A stretch of DNA of 64,000 bases from Lytechinus pictus (Eukaryota). Shown here piece after piece: positions 1 through 12,580 of the stretch (position 1 is the first letter of the stretch; every line of letters starts with the position of its first letter). The position numbers and the translations under genes are program-made. Where the stretch lies: the NCBI RefSeq assembly GCF_037042905.1, contig NC_087245.1:37202001-37266000 (forward strand), given 5' to 3'. The notes beneath the pieces were generated by a model, which did no database searches, was not told the origin of the DNA, and saw nothing but the letters and a program-made list of their open reading frames with translations.

Positions 1-1618
1 CGCGCGTTTGGGCCTCCCTAGCTTAGAACTAAGCACTAATATCACCTTAAAAACTAAATCTACAAGGTATGTATAATCTATTTATAAATTTAATAATGTT
101 TAATCGGTACTCACCGGTTCTTTTGTTGCATTTTCAGACCATTTCTCACAATTCTTCGTAAATATTTGCGGCAAATTTTGTCGCCATAGACAGCTTAGCG
201 TCCATCTTTATTGATAAATGGAGCGCCCTTTACGATAGTTGTTAATGCCGCGGAGAAATCGTTAGGCATTTTGGCCTGTGTTCAAGGCGTTCTTTCTGTT
301 TTATTTTTATATTGAAGATTGTGCATTTGTTGAATAGCGCCGTCTACGTCAGGTATGAGATCGAGTGTATAAATACACTCTTCCAAAATAATTATGATTC
401 CGACCTGGCGCTGTTTAACTTCAATCTCTTTCACCTAAATTAGCGATGAATGCTAGCATTATAAAATATATATTATTAACGTCTGACGAAAAGAATAACC
501 AACCGATCAGCTGACGAGAACGCGAATCACGTGATCTTCATATCAGCTTCGATCGCGAGTCAGAAGAGAGGAGCAGTTGCCCAGAAAATCAGGAAAAAGC
601 CGTGAAAATGTAAGTTCCCCTTCATTTCTTTCAATTTTTTTTATTGCTAACAATGTATTCAATTAGTGAGATCGAAATGTAATGATTAGACAGTACGATA
701 GCTTGTAGTTTTGATAAAATACAAAAATAATCATCTTCACAAAGATTTCTGACACAAAATACTACTGATGTCGCCTATGAGCACTCTAGGCGACACCCCA
801 ATACTTACCCGTGCTAATAAACTGGGACTCCACTCACGCGCGTTTGGGCCTCCCTAGCTTAGAACTAAGCACTAATATCACCTTAAAAACTAAATCTACA
901 AGGTATGTATAATCTATTTACAAATTTAATAATGTTTAATCGGTACTCACCGGTTCTTTTGTTGCATTTTCAGACCATTTCTCACAATTCTTCGTAAATA
1001 TTTGCGGCAAATTTTGTCGCCATAGACAGCTTAGCGTCCATCTTTATTGATAAATGGAGCGCCCTTTACGATAGTTGTTAATGCCGCGGAGAAATCGTTA
1101 GGCATTTTGGCCTGTGTTCAAGGCGTTCTTTCTGTTTTATTTTTTATATTGAAGATTGTGCATTTGTTGAATAGCGCCGTCTACGTCAGGTATGAGATCG
1201 AGTGTATAAATACACTCTTCCAAAATAATTATGATTCCGACCTGGCGCTGTTTAACTTCAATCTCTTTCACCTAAATTAGCGATGAATGCTAGCATTATA
1301 AAATATATATTATTAACGTCTGACGAAAAGAATAACCAACCGATCAGCTGACGAGAACGCGAATCACGTGATCTTCATATCAGCTTCGATCGCGAGTCAG
1401 AAGAGAAGAGCAGCTGCCCAGAAAATCAGGAAAAAGCCGTGAAAATGTAAGTTCCCCTTCATTTCTTTCATTTTTTGTTGTTGCTAACGATGCATTTACA
1501 CTATAAAATTATAATTTAAATAAGAGAAAGGAATTATAGCTTGTACTTGTGATATAATGTTTAAATATCCTGTTCTCAGAGATTTCTAACCAAAAATACT
1601 ACTGATGTCGCCTATGAG
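1..1618. repeat. Edge of an 836-bp tandem repeat (about 2 units visible)
   Basis: cgcgcgtttgggcctccc at 1 recurs at 837. The units are near-identical until about 1470 and then diverge. Confidence 0.95.
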
Positions 1619-1677
1619 GTCCATACATGTAATGTTGGACCTCATTGGTACTAGGAGTGCCTATGAGGTCCATACAT

Positions 1678-4224
1678 GGGCAATTCCATGGAAAATGTTC
1701 ACTTTAGAGAAAAAATTAAGTTTCAGATTTCACTTCAGCAGTCAAATTTTCTTAAAAAGTAATCTATAAAGTCTCAATTTCCAATAGAAAAATCGCAATA
1801 TTGATAAAGTTTGTAGTTTTTTCCATCATCAAAAAAATAGAATAGTAAATTGCAAAATGTAAAAAATGTGGCTATTTTTTAAACAATTCATCTTTCCTGT
1901 CTCTACTAAAAGCAAATAAGGTCCCAGAGGTCTCTTTTAACTTTTGAATAGTTGATTAATGTTTAAATCAACAGAAAATCATCATTAAATTTTATGCCAT
2001 TCATCAATTTTAGAGAAATCTGTCTTCAGATTTGTGTGATTTCTTTACCATTATCAGTGTCATGTCCGTTACGTTTTTCACTTAAAGTTTTCACAGCTTA
2101 CAGGAAATTTGTCTAAAGGTACTGCAGATTCAGATTCTATGTTAGAATTAAACCCCCTACCATGTGTAGCAATCATTTTCCCTTACCACTTCTCATTTTC
2201 ATTAAAATGGCGTAACGGACATGACAATTTGCGTAACGGACATGACGTCTTATATATGATAAAAGGCAGCATTCACAAAAACAAAATATTAGGCTCAGTG
2301 TCACAGACTGAGGTCAGTCTCAATTGCTTGAGGATAGCTGGATGTAATAACTCCTAGAATCTGCATGTCATTCAAGCTATTTTTAGAAGTTGGTGAATGA
2401 TGAAAGTTCAGCTCTTGTTCTGGTATATTTTTCTGAGAATTAATTGTATGCCACATAATATTAGGATAAGATGCAGCTTGATCTGGTGACAATCTGCATC
2501 ATTTGTGTTTGAACAATACAATTGATTATCGTAGGTGTTTGCACTGACAGTTTGGAGCATGATAAAACTCCAACTTGTGAATTCATGAGATCATTGATGA
2601 TATTGCTTCAAAGTATCTGACTTTCACCAACCTCTACTTCTTCAGTGATGGCACGCGCTCACATTTAAAAACATCATGTAACACAGATATCTGTGTTACA
2701 TGATGAAGCTCTATGAATCCATGAATCTACAGTGGCACTTCTTTGCAATATCACAAAGCAAAGGGGCTGTGGAAGGAATGTGGCGTGATCAATAAAATTA
2801 TGTCATCATAGTATTTTGGTCAGCCATAATCACAATTTGAATGATGTATCTTCATTTGTACACAAGCAGCGCAGACAATGCAACAAAATTAGATACAGCC
2901 ACATTTGTCAGCAAGCAAGATCGTAAGATTTAGAATATCCACGATTTTATGAAAGGATGATTATACTCAGGATGATATTTATTTTGAATGAAAAAAAATC
3001 TCAGAAGCGATTTACAAACATTCCGATTACCTTTCAACTCATACATAATCGATAATGAAAGACTGGTTTCCAGGTACTGCTATTAAATTTTAAAATACTT
3101 TTTAATATCATTTTTTAAAATCTTAAAACTGACATTAATACTAGTACATATTCTTTATCATAAAATACATTTCATAATATGTTCATCTTGGATTTATACA
3201 GGTCTGGTACATTTTGTTTTCTTCTCACAAAAAATGAGATTTGGTCTTCTCAGTGTGCCATAGTGGTACGATGAACATTGTATTCTATATAAAATTATCA
3301 TATAGGCTATAGCTATTAAATTAATGATACCTGCCAATAATATCTACATATTTTTTTAAAGAATGTTAGTAAAGGTACTTAGCTGTTACATAATTGCATT
3401 CATTATTCATATTTCTTTCATTTTGAAACTAAGAAGTGCTGATGAAGTTCACTTCGTAAGGGTGTCATGTCCGTTACGCTAGTGTATATTATCAAATAGT
3501 AAGCCATGAATAAAAATAATCTTTACTAGCAACTTTTTCTCCTTTAATTAGGTGTGGCGGATGGTAGTAACTGGAAAATACTCATTAACTGTTGTTAACT
3601 GGTGTAAAAGAAATTTTTCTAAATATTTTTTTGTTTTATAAATATTGTACGAAAAGCCCCCCTCTCAAATTGCAAAATAATGGGAGATATTACAGATTAC
3701 CAGTTATGATGTGTGTCTCTAACCTCTAGCCTTAACATGTAAACAATTAGACTTGTACCATATCTTGTAATAAAATAATTATATTCACTTACAAAAAGTG
3801 GACGAAACTGTCATGTCCGTTACGCTTCGTGTGTCATGTCCGTTACGCTACATTTTGAGCTATGAATACAGAATGCACTGCAAAACTGTTGTTAAACACC
3901 ATTTTATGGATAGAGCATGATCTTAAGGTTAAATTAACACCAATGTCGGGTGCATGCAATCTAAGAATTCACAGGAATTTTGATAAGCAATAGGAGGTAA
4001 AAATGCTTCGTCCATTTTGTGTCATGTCCGTTACGCTCACAAAGAGTTCAATTTCTCCACAACTGTTCAACGAAACGATTTGAAATTTCATGTGTATGTA
4101 ACTGATACTTAAATGTGTCTGATAAGCTCAGTAACAATTATCAAAAGACTGCTAATTCTACTGTATAAACCTTTGAATTACAAAAAATTGTCTGAACGTC
4201 ATGTCCGTTACGCTGGAATTGACC
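1678..4224 (+). mobile_element. Sola2-like DNA transposon, degenerate
   Basis: Termini GGGCAATTCCA...TGGAATTGACC, 4-bp TSD ACAT (1674-1677 and 4225-4228), eight copies of GTCATGTCCGTTACG, internal transposase relic. Confidence 0.8.
2410..2800 (+). pseudogene. Degenerate DDD transposase fragment (Sola2-type)
   Basis: Frameshifted motifs FSEN*, VCTDSLEHDKT, LYFFSDG and LQWHFFAISQSKGAVEG resemble the remembered DFSENY / SDxLxHD / FSDG / WHFFATSHGKGAVDG series. Confidence 0.75.
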
Positions 4225-5034
4225 ACATGTAATGTTGGACCTCATTGGTACTAGGAGTGATTTCCAGCAGACGCATTAAAATGCCCAGGGGGTTAAATGG
4301 AAGGCTTAGCAAAAGTAGCTCCATGCTGAAGCTCGGAAGGAGACCCATCACTATGATTATCATCAGTCATCATGCAATCAACAGTAGTAACAGTAAGTCA
4401 GAATGATAATTCACACCAACATAGCGAACTGAATGTAGAAAACAGTACACAGACTTACATATGTGGGACACATGCAGGAATGACTCTCAGAAAGCTAGCG
4501 AAATCCAGTTCAAATCACAGTTTGCAGATACATAATAGATTCAGAGAGAAGAATAATAACTGTTCTACGGAAATATGTAACTTTTCACCGCTGCCATCAT
4601 GTTTCAAGTTATATTATCAGTCAGAATCAAACAGAATTACACAACTTCTGTATAGTCGAGAGAGTAGCATTTAATATTAAGTAAACGCGTTTGTAGCGCC
4701 CTCTTTTGGCAGGATCATTACATGCTCCTCAAATCTCATAAACATGCAGATATTGTAACAATACCCACTCCAATAGAATATGCCTTGTAGAAGCTGCCAA
4801 ATCTTGCCTGGGAATTACAAATATACTTCCCCAAATGAACCATGAAAGACTAGCAACTTCTAATGAATGATGGCCATGACAGATGGAACTCTTACACCCT
4901 CTTATTTTTCTATCATTTTCAGCTTTTCAACCATTTTCTCTCATTTCCTTTTCTCATTCTTCAGCTTTCCTACCCTTTCTCAATCCTCTCTCCAATTTCT
5001 TTCATCCACTGCAGTGACCATCGTTGCATTATTT

Positions 5035-5670
5035 ATGGTTAATATACTTCAATGAAACGCACAATCCATGAATGCTCATGGCTTTAATTTCTATGAAAGT
5101 ATATCAAATATCTCTACTCAAGAGAAACCGGGAATAGTTTGCATTCACTGAGGAAACATGGTATTATGAATATAATATGACAAGTTTTCCTTATCATTTA
5201 GTAAACAAAAATAGACATGACAAACGTGGAGCACTTGCAATATACCTGCACGAATCTATATAATTTCAGGTTATAAATACTCCAGAGGATAGTGAATACA
5301 TTATTGTAGATATCTATTTACAAAATAATATCTTTTCACTTGTAAAACAAATAAGTCACACTTTGCTTGAAGAAATAATGAAAAATTGTAAAGAACAGGT
5401 ACTTATAGTGTGTGGAGATGTTAACTCCCATAATCCACTTTGGGGGTGTGCCACCATGAACGTTAATGGTAAGACGGTTGAAGACTTTATGAATAAATAT
5501 GATCTTGTTTTACTTAATGATGGTACTCGGTCTAGGATTGACCCACGCATGGGGAAAATCCTCTTCCGACCTGACTTTTATATCCAAAGAAATGAGTGTT
5601 TATACCAACTGGGCGGTCTCTGAACATAACTTTGGAAGTGACCATTTGTCATTAAGTTTAGTATTAATAA
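5035..5670 (+). pseudogene. LINE ORF2 AP-endonuclease relic (I/Nimb-like)
   Basis: MVNILQ*NAQS, GIVCI..ETW, IVCGDVNSHNPLWG, LVLLNDG, DLTFIS and GSDH, with stops and frameshifts. Confidence 0.85.
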
Positions 5671-5869
5671 AGGTATTCATGATATATTGGGAACAAGACA
5701 AACATACAGTGTTTCCCAGGCCCGTATCGTATAATTTGAGTGGAGCCCTTTAATGTTCACAAAAAGGGCATATGCAGACTGACCAGATTTCACAAAATGA
5801 AATACGGGACAATTGAAAAATAAAGATCAACAAAGAAGGCTACACAGTGTTAGACTTGTGACAAAAATA

Positions 5870-6600
5870 TAAAGAATTGGAAGGGAGGGTGAACGAAAGA
5901 ATGAAGGAGAGAAAGAAAAAACGAAAGAAAAGAGATGAATTGAGAAGAAAGAAAGAGGAAGGGGAAAATGAAGGAAAAATAAAAAAATAAAAGAAATTTA
6001 GAATAAAAGAGGGAAAAAAGGTTTCCGTCATTCTTTGAAATGAATATAGAAAGAAAAAGAAAGGAAGGAAAGATGAATAAATGTGTGAAAGACAAAATAA
6101 AAGAGAGGAAGGAAAAAGGAAAGTAAGAAAAAAGGAGGAAAGAAAGAATGAAGGAAAGAAAAATGTTTCCTTCATTCTTTGACAGAAACAAACAAAGAAA
6201 GAAGAAAACAGGGAGGAAGGAAGGAAGAAAGGAAAGGAAAGAAAGAATAAGGGAAAGGAATTAGAAGGAAAAAAAGAATGAAAGAAAAGAGAGAGAATAA
6301 AGGATCGAAGAGCGAAATGAAAAAAGAGAAAATAATGGAATGAGAGAAAGAGCGAAAAGAAAAGGGAGACTGAGCACGGGAGAAGGAAGAAAGAAAGAAA
6401 GGTTTAAGGAAAGAAAGAATGAAGGAAATAAAACTGAAATTTAATAAGTAAGAGAAAGAAAGAAAGAAAAATGAACAGAGAGAGAGAGAAAGGTTCAGGA
6501 AAGAAAGATAAGAAATGACGATAGATGGAACAAAAAGGGCAAGCAGGAAGGATAGAAGGATGAAGAAAGAACGATAGAAAAGAAAGAGGAAAAGAGTTCG
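5870..6600. repeat. GA-rich low-complexity tract
   Basis: Purine-rich GAAA/GGAA runs; source of the Phe/Leu/Ser-rich spurious ORFs. Confidence 0.9.
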
Positions 6601-6912
6601 AACGTCAAGTAAAAAATATCCAATCATCTAACAAAAATCATAATGATATTTAGTGTTTTTTTAATACATTTTTAAAATCTTGAAAAACTAAAATGTTTTA
6701 GAAATGAATATAATTTCAAAGTGAAACATTGTCAAACTTAAAAATTAGATGAAACATCACGACATCATACACCAAGACTCAAAACGAAAGCTGAAACAAC
6801 TAGATCTAGTTATGAAAACTCAATTGTTCCTCCGATTACATCTCCAAATCAGTAACCTGAGAATCCATAATATTATTATAAAATTTCCCGCCGATTTTGT
6901 GATTATTTTGGT

Positions 6913-8361
6913 CAGTGGCGTAACAGGCGGGGGGGGGGGGGCAAGGGGGCAAGCTGCCCCCCTGGCGGATTTCACCGGGAAAATTTAAAAAAACGGGAAA
7001 AAGAAAAAAGGGAGGGAGAAAGAAAGGGAAAGGGGAAGAAAGGGGAAAATAAAAGGAGGAGAAGGAAATGGAAAAGAAAACGAGGATAAAAATATCTTTT
7101 TTTAACAGAATAGGAAGGAAGGACAGCGGGAAACGGAACGAAAGAAGAACATTTGAGAAAGGATAGATCATTCCGAAATAGGACTATGTAATGCAATAGT
7201 GTGATGGGAAAAGACGACAAAATGGCAAACAATAGCGGGAAATGAAGTTAGAAGGGAATGAGTCAAAAGCTAAAGGTGGAAAACGAAGAAAAGGGACAAG
7301 AAAAACAAAACACTTAATAACACGACCGGGCTGCCGACGATTGAAAATAAAGAGCGGGAAGAAAGATGGACTGCATACAACATTGTCAGATTGTGCTGTA
7401 AGCTTGCTAAATTTTATTCAGATAAGATACCGGGGCTTTGACACGACCCCACGCAGTAGGGGCTCTTCATCTATAACCTTCAAATGGCTCTATATAACTT
7501 CCCCCTGTAGGGACCCTTCTTACATTAAGCTTTACGTTCAATCACTGGCGTACAGGCGTGGGGGTCTTGGTTCCAAACCCAAAGGAAATAAAAGAAAGTA
7601 AAGGAGACAACGTATAATGAAACAAATGGAAACATGAAATGTGTTATTTACTGAATGAAAAAAAATCTATCATATAACTAGAATTTAATTTCAGTAGGCA
7701 ATCTTTTTTTCCAGCTCGCTTTCCTCGCCTGGCGACTTTTATTAAAATAATATTCCCACATTGCCCCCCCTCAAAATATTTGGTTAATTACGCAACTGGG
7801 TTGAATAAATGTGTTGTGTAAAAGCTATATTCTGTATATACCCGCGATATTTGATTAAAAATAGCGGCAATCTGCGAGGTTTAAATGGCTTTGATATCAA
7901 GAAGTTCCGGGGGCTCCGCCCCCGACCCCAATTGCATAGCACTTTCGTATATGAGTATGGTAGGGTTGGGCCATGACCCCAAAAAGTTTTACAAGCAAGG
8001 ACAAACAACAAGGAGGAAAGGAGGCAAAGGAAAAGTGTAGAATATAATTTTTTACTGAATATTATGTCAAAATATATCTCAAAGTTAAATTGTCATTAAA
8101 AGGTGATTTTTTCTCGCTCGCTTCGCTCGCTCGGGACTTTTTTTTTTGGAATTTTTTGGAATTTTTGGATTAAAAATGTCAAAATTTTTGCTCGCTCGCA
8201 ACTTTTTTTATAAAAGATGAATTTGGCCGATACGCAAAAGGCCTATCTGGCCCTCTAAAAATTGTTGCCTGATTTCTCCATTACGCCTGTTCATACCATG
8301 ATTATGACCGGGAAATTTTTGGCTCTTGCCCCCCTGGCCACCGACCCCTGTTACGCCGCTG
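6913..8361 (+). mobile_element. Non-autonomous hAT-like element, copy A
   Basis: TIRs CAGTGGCGTAACAGG / CCTGTTACGCCGCTG; 8-bp TSD ATTTTGGT at 6905-6912 and 8362-8369. Confidence 0.9.
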
Positions 8362-8606
8362 ATTTTGGTGGAAAAACTGTTTATCATGTGAGATTGTTTG
8401 CACCATTGAGAATCTGCTCCGATCCATGCCTGGCTATAGTAGCCAGGCCACACACAGGCAGTTAGTAGGCCAGTTCGTTTGCAATGTATTTAATTGGGTT
8501 AGCAAGAAAATCACCGCAGAACTTGCAAAAGTTTACAGCTACGATTTTATTGCTGTCTCTGCTTCGTCATCTGTTGGTTATTTGATGAAAATTCGTCACT
8601 TTTAAA

Positions 8607-10212
8607 CAGCGGCGTAACAGGGGTCGGTGGCCAGGGGGGGCAAGAGCCAAAAATTTCCCGGTCATAATCATGGTATGAACAGGCGTAATGGAGAAATCAG
8701 GCAACAATTTTTAGAGGGCCAGATAGGCCTTTTGCGTATCGGCAGAATTTATCTTTAAAAAAAAAGTTGCGAGCGAGCGAAGCGAGCGAGCAAAAATTTT
8801 GACATTTTTAATCCAAAAATTCAATTTTTTGATATCCAGAGAATCATATTTCACCTTTCTCTCTTTTCATTCCTTTTTTCGTGGTCTGTACGCCACTATG
8901 AACAGGATTCTTTGCGGCAGTAACGTGACGAGTATAAAAACAAACGAGGGGCGCAGTATGGCGCATGTGTAAAAAAGGCTGCTTAATATAAGTCCCGAGC
9001 GAGCGAAGCGAGCGAGAAAAAATCACCTTTTAATGACAATTTAACTTTGAGATATATTTTGACATAATATTCAGTAAAAAATTATATCCTACACTTTTCC
9101 TTTGCCTCCTTTCCTCCTTGTTGTTTTTCCTTGCTTGTAAAACTTTTGGGGGCCATGGCCCAACCCTACCATACTCATATACGAAAGTGCTATGCAATTG
9201 GGGTCGGGGCGGAGCCCCCGGAACTTCTTGATATCAAAGCCATTTAAACCTCGCAGATTGCCGCTATTTTTAATCAAATATCGCGGGTATATACAGAATA
9301 TAGCTTTTACACAACACATTTATTCAACCCAGTTGCGTAATTAACCAAATATTTTGAGGGGGGGGGGGGCAATGTGGGAATATTATTTTAATAAAAGTCG
9401 CCAGGCGAGGAAAGCGAGCTGGAAAAAAAGATTGCCTACTGAAATTAAATTCTAGTTATATGATAGATTTTTTTCATTCAGTAAATAACACATTTCATGT
9501 TTCCATTTGTTTCATTATACGTTGTCTCCTTTACTTTCTTTTATTTCCTTTGGGTTTGGAACCAAGACCCCCACGCCTGTACGCCAGTGATTGAACGTAA
9601 AGCTTAATGTAAGAAGGGTCCCTACAGGGGGAAGTTATATAGAGCCATTTGAAGGTTATAGATGAAGAGCCCCTACTGCGTGGGGTCGTGTCAAAGCCCC
9701 GGTATCTTATCTGAATAAAATTTAGCAAGCTTACAGCACAATCTGACAATGTTGTATGCAGTCCATCTTTCTTCCCGCTCTTTATTTTCAATCGTCGGCA
9801 GCCCGGTCGTGTTATTAAGTGTTTTGTTTTTCTTGTCCCTTTTCTTCGTTTTCCACCTTTAGCTTTTGACTCATTCCCTTCTAACTTCATTTCCCGCTAT
9901 TGTTTGCCATTTTGTCGTCTTTTCCCATCACACTATTGCATTACATAGTCCTATTTCGGAATGATCTATCCTTTCTCAAATGTTCTTCTTTCGTTCCGTT
10001 TCCCGCTGTCCTTCCTTCCTATTCTGTTAAAAAAAGATATTTTTATCCTCGTTTTCTTTTCCATTTCCTTCTCCTCCTTTTATTTTCCCCTTTCCTTCCC
10101 CTTTCCCTTTCTTTCTCCCTCCCTTTTTTCTTTTTCCCGTTTTTTTAATTTTCCCGGTGAAATCCGCCAGGGGGGGGGGGGGGCAGCTTGCCCCCCGCCT
10201 GTTACGCCACTG
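8607..10212 (-). mobile_element. Non-autonomous hAT-like element, copy B (inverted relative to A)
   Basis: Reverse complement of copy A plus about 160 extra bp; own 8-bp TSD CTTTTAAA at 8599-8606 and 10213-10220. Confidence 0.9.
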
Positions 10213-10363
10213 CTTTTAAATGTATTAACTACCCTTTGTTAAATATTTTGAAAAACGGGACAAATAGGCGTCCCGTGAAGGGTTTGACGGGACGTCGGGA
10301 CAAATGAGCAAAATACTGGACGATCCCGAGAAATACGGGACGTCTGGTCACCCTGGGCATATG

Positions 10364-11611
10364 GCAGCCATTTTGAATGTTGACATACAGTATTTATCAC
10401 CTAAATTACCTAAAATATGATATATTTTGTTTGAAATCATGTTTCAGACAATATTTTACTCATACATTACCATTTGGCCAAGCAAAGCCAAATTCTGTTG
10501 AAATAATTTGTTCCCATTCACATTGTGCATAATACCGTAAGGGCCTGTAGCGGCCATTTTGACTTTCAAAAGACAGAACTTATCACCTAACTGGCAGAAT
10601 AAATGATCTATCTTAAATAGAAATTATGCTTTCAGACAATATTTTACTCATAGATCACTATTACGTGCATTTATGGTGCTCACTCCTGTGAATATTAGTT
10701 TCCCCACTTTGCATTGTATATACTGTTAATGTCTATGGCGGCCATTTTGAAAGTAAAAATACAGTATTTAACACAAACTTGAAACCTAAATCATATTATT
10801 TGGTTAGAAAATGTGTTTTTAGACAGTATCCCATTAATTTATTACATATATATATATGCATTTTAGTGCTCACTCTTGTGATTTCTTTGCTCCTCTTTCT
10901 CATTGTGCATAATACTTTTAGGGCCTTCAGTTTGGCAGCCATTTTTAATATCAAAATACAACATTCATCACATACATGGCATATTAATAATATATTTCGT
11001 TAAAGATTATGTTTTTAGTCCGTATTCCACTCGTTTAATCTTAATAATATGCATTTTAGTGATCACTCTTGTGATTCTTTTGGCCCCCATTGCCATTGTA
11101 CGCAATACTTTGGGCCTGTGGCGGCTATTTTAGATATCAAAATACAGAAAATGTTCCCATATATGACATAAGAAAGGATATATCCCGTTGGTAATGATTT
11201 TCTTATATTACTTCGTTCATACATTGCGATTTTTTGCAGTTTAGTGCTCATTTTTGTGAAAATTAATTTTCCCTATTCATATTGTACATAATAGAGTATA
11301 CAAGGGCCTATGACAGCCATTTTGAATATCAGGAAAATAAATATTTAGTCAATTTTTTTTCAGAGAGTATTTCACTCCTGCCACACAATTTCATGCATTT
11401 CATAGGCAATGTGCGGACAATTTTAGGATTTTCATGGGTAATTTGCATATTTTGGCGGCCATATTGGATTTTGCCAATTTGCGGAAAATGCTCAAGGTTA
11501 CACGAGTGGCATCATCCAGATTCGTAATCAGCACCTTCGAATTGACAAGAAACCATAAAAAAATATTGTATATATAAAAAAACAAGGTTATGCTTCTTCT
11601 ATCCTGGACTA
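10364..11611. mobile_element. Old DNA-transposon arm (Academ-like end) with ~190-bp internal repeats
   Basis: GGCGGCCATTTTG-like motif about every 190 bp; ends in ...ATCCTGGACTA (reverse TAGTCCAGG, an Academ-type terminus from memory). Confidence 0.5.
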
Positions 11612-12350
11612 TTAATCATCTTTCACTATCATTCACCACCAATGGCACAAAAAACACATTCTTACTTTCTCTATCTCACCTCTCTTAATCTGTATCATTT
11701 TAACATACGCACAATAAAATAAATGTATTTTAGGGCTATGGGTCCTGTTTCATAAACGCTTGATATAATAACATATGCACTATCAGCCAACCAGATTGAA
11801 GGATTTCAGACCTTTTAACTGTCATTGCAAATATGTTAATTTAACAAGTTTTATGAAAACAGGCCCCTTGTAATTAATGAACAAACCAGTCATACACTAG
11901 ATCAATTCCCATTCCGACACCATTTATTTCAAAGTGTGTTTCTTTATATATTACATTATCATCTACTAACCATTATATATATACACAGATGCATGATAAA
12001 TCTTTTGATTCTTTGATAATACAAAAGGCATTATTGTTAATAACACCAACATTCCATATCTACAGATTTTAACAAATAAAAACAAGATTACATAAATTAT
12101 AAGAACATATATGTTTTTTTTTTCTTTTTGCACTTTGCAGCAGATAAACACACACAGACTAATACAACAGTTGAAAACAAACTACAGAGAACAGCAAAAG
12201 CAGATAAGAAAAGTGTATCAAACAATTAACGGTGACTGATACGGAATAAAACACATCTAAAACTACAAGCAGAAAGGAGAATATTCTTCTTTGTCTCCAG
12301 GTATTTGAAATTGAGGTATATTGTTTTTCTGTGTTTACGATCCAAAAGTA

Positions 12351-12580
12351 CAGAGGTGCTAAAAAGTTAGTGAACCCCACCACAAAATGCACTCCTTCAT
12401 GCCGAGTGTTGAATGTAGACAGTAACACTACAATGTTTGGCGAGCCCAGAGAAACAAACTTTATTGAATGTAATATTTCATCACCCGACTTCACAATTAA
12501 ATATCTATAACATGGTAGAACTTGAAAAATGTTTAATATTTTCATTTCTGATGGGGTTCAATAACTTTTTAGCACCACTG
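12351..12580. mobile_element. Tc1/mariner-type MITE
   Basis: TA then CAGAGGTGCTAAAAAGTTAGTGAACCCCA ... TGGGGTTCAATAACTTTTTAGCACCACTG; second, inverted copy at 57591-57792. Confidence 0.8.

Larger units (their letters stand above)
5775..10355. mobile_element. Non-autonomous hAT (Blackjack-like) element with nested insertions
   Basis: TIRs CAGACTGACCAGA / TCTGGTCACCCTG, subterminal CGGGAC repeats, 8-bp TSD GGCATATG at 5767-5774 and 10356-10363. Confidence 0.85.

Noticed and set aside
801..830. ATACTTACC as the 5' end of a tandem U1 snRNA gene
   Set aside because: The match stops after 9 nt and no U1 body follows.
5840..6627. Hydrophobic Phe/Leu/Ser ORFs (also at 34142-34683, 42388-42678, 46095-46403, 60154-60729)
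   Set aside because: They are antisense translations of purine-rich low-complexity DNA, not membrane proteins.
7242..9890. Two identical 119-aa ORFs on opposite strands as a duplicated gene
   Set aside because: They lie inside the twin hAT copies and show no recognisable domain. The identity reflects recent transposition.
6913..10212. One fold-back element with 1.2-kb TIRs, or an assembly artefact
   Set aside because: The outer flanks share no TSD, whereas each half has its own 8-bp TSD.
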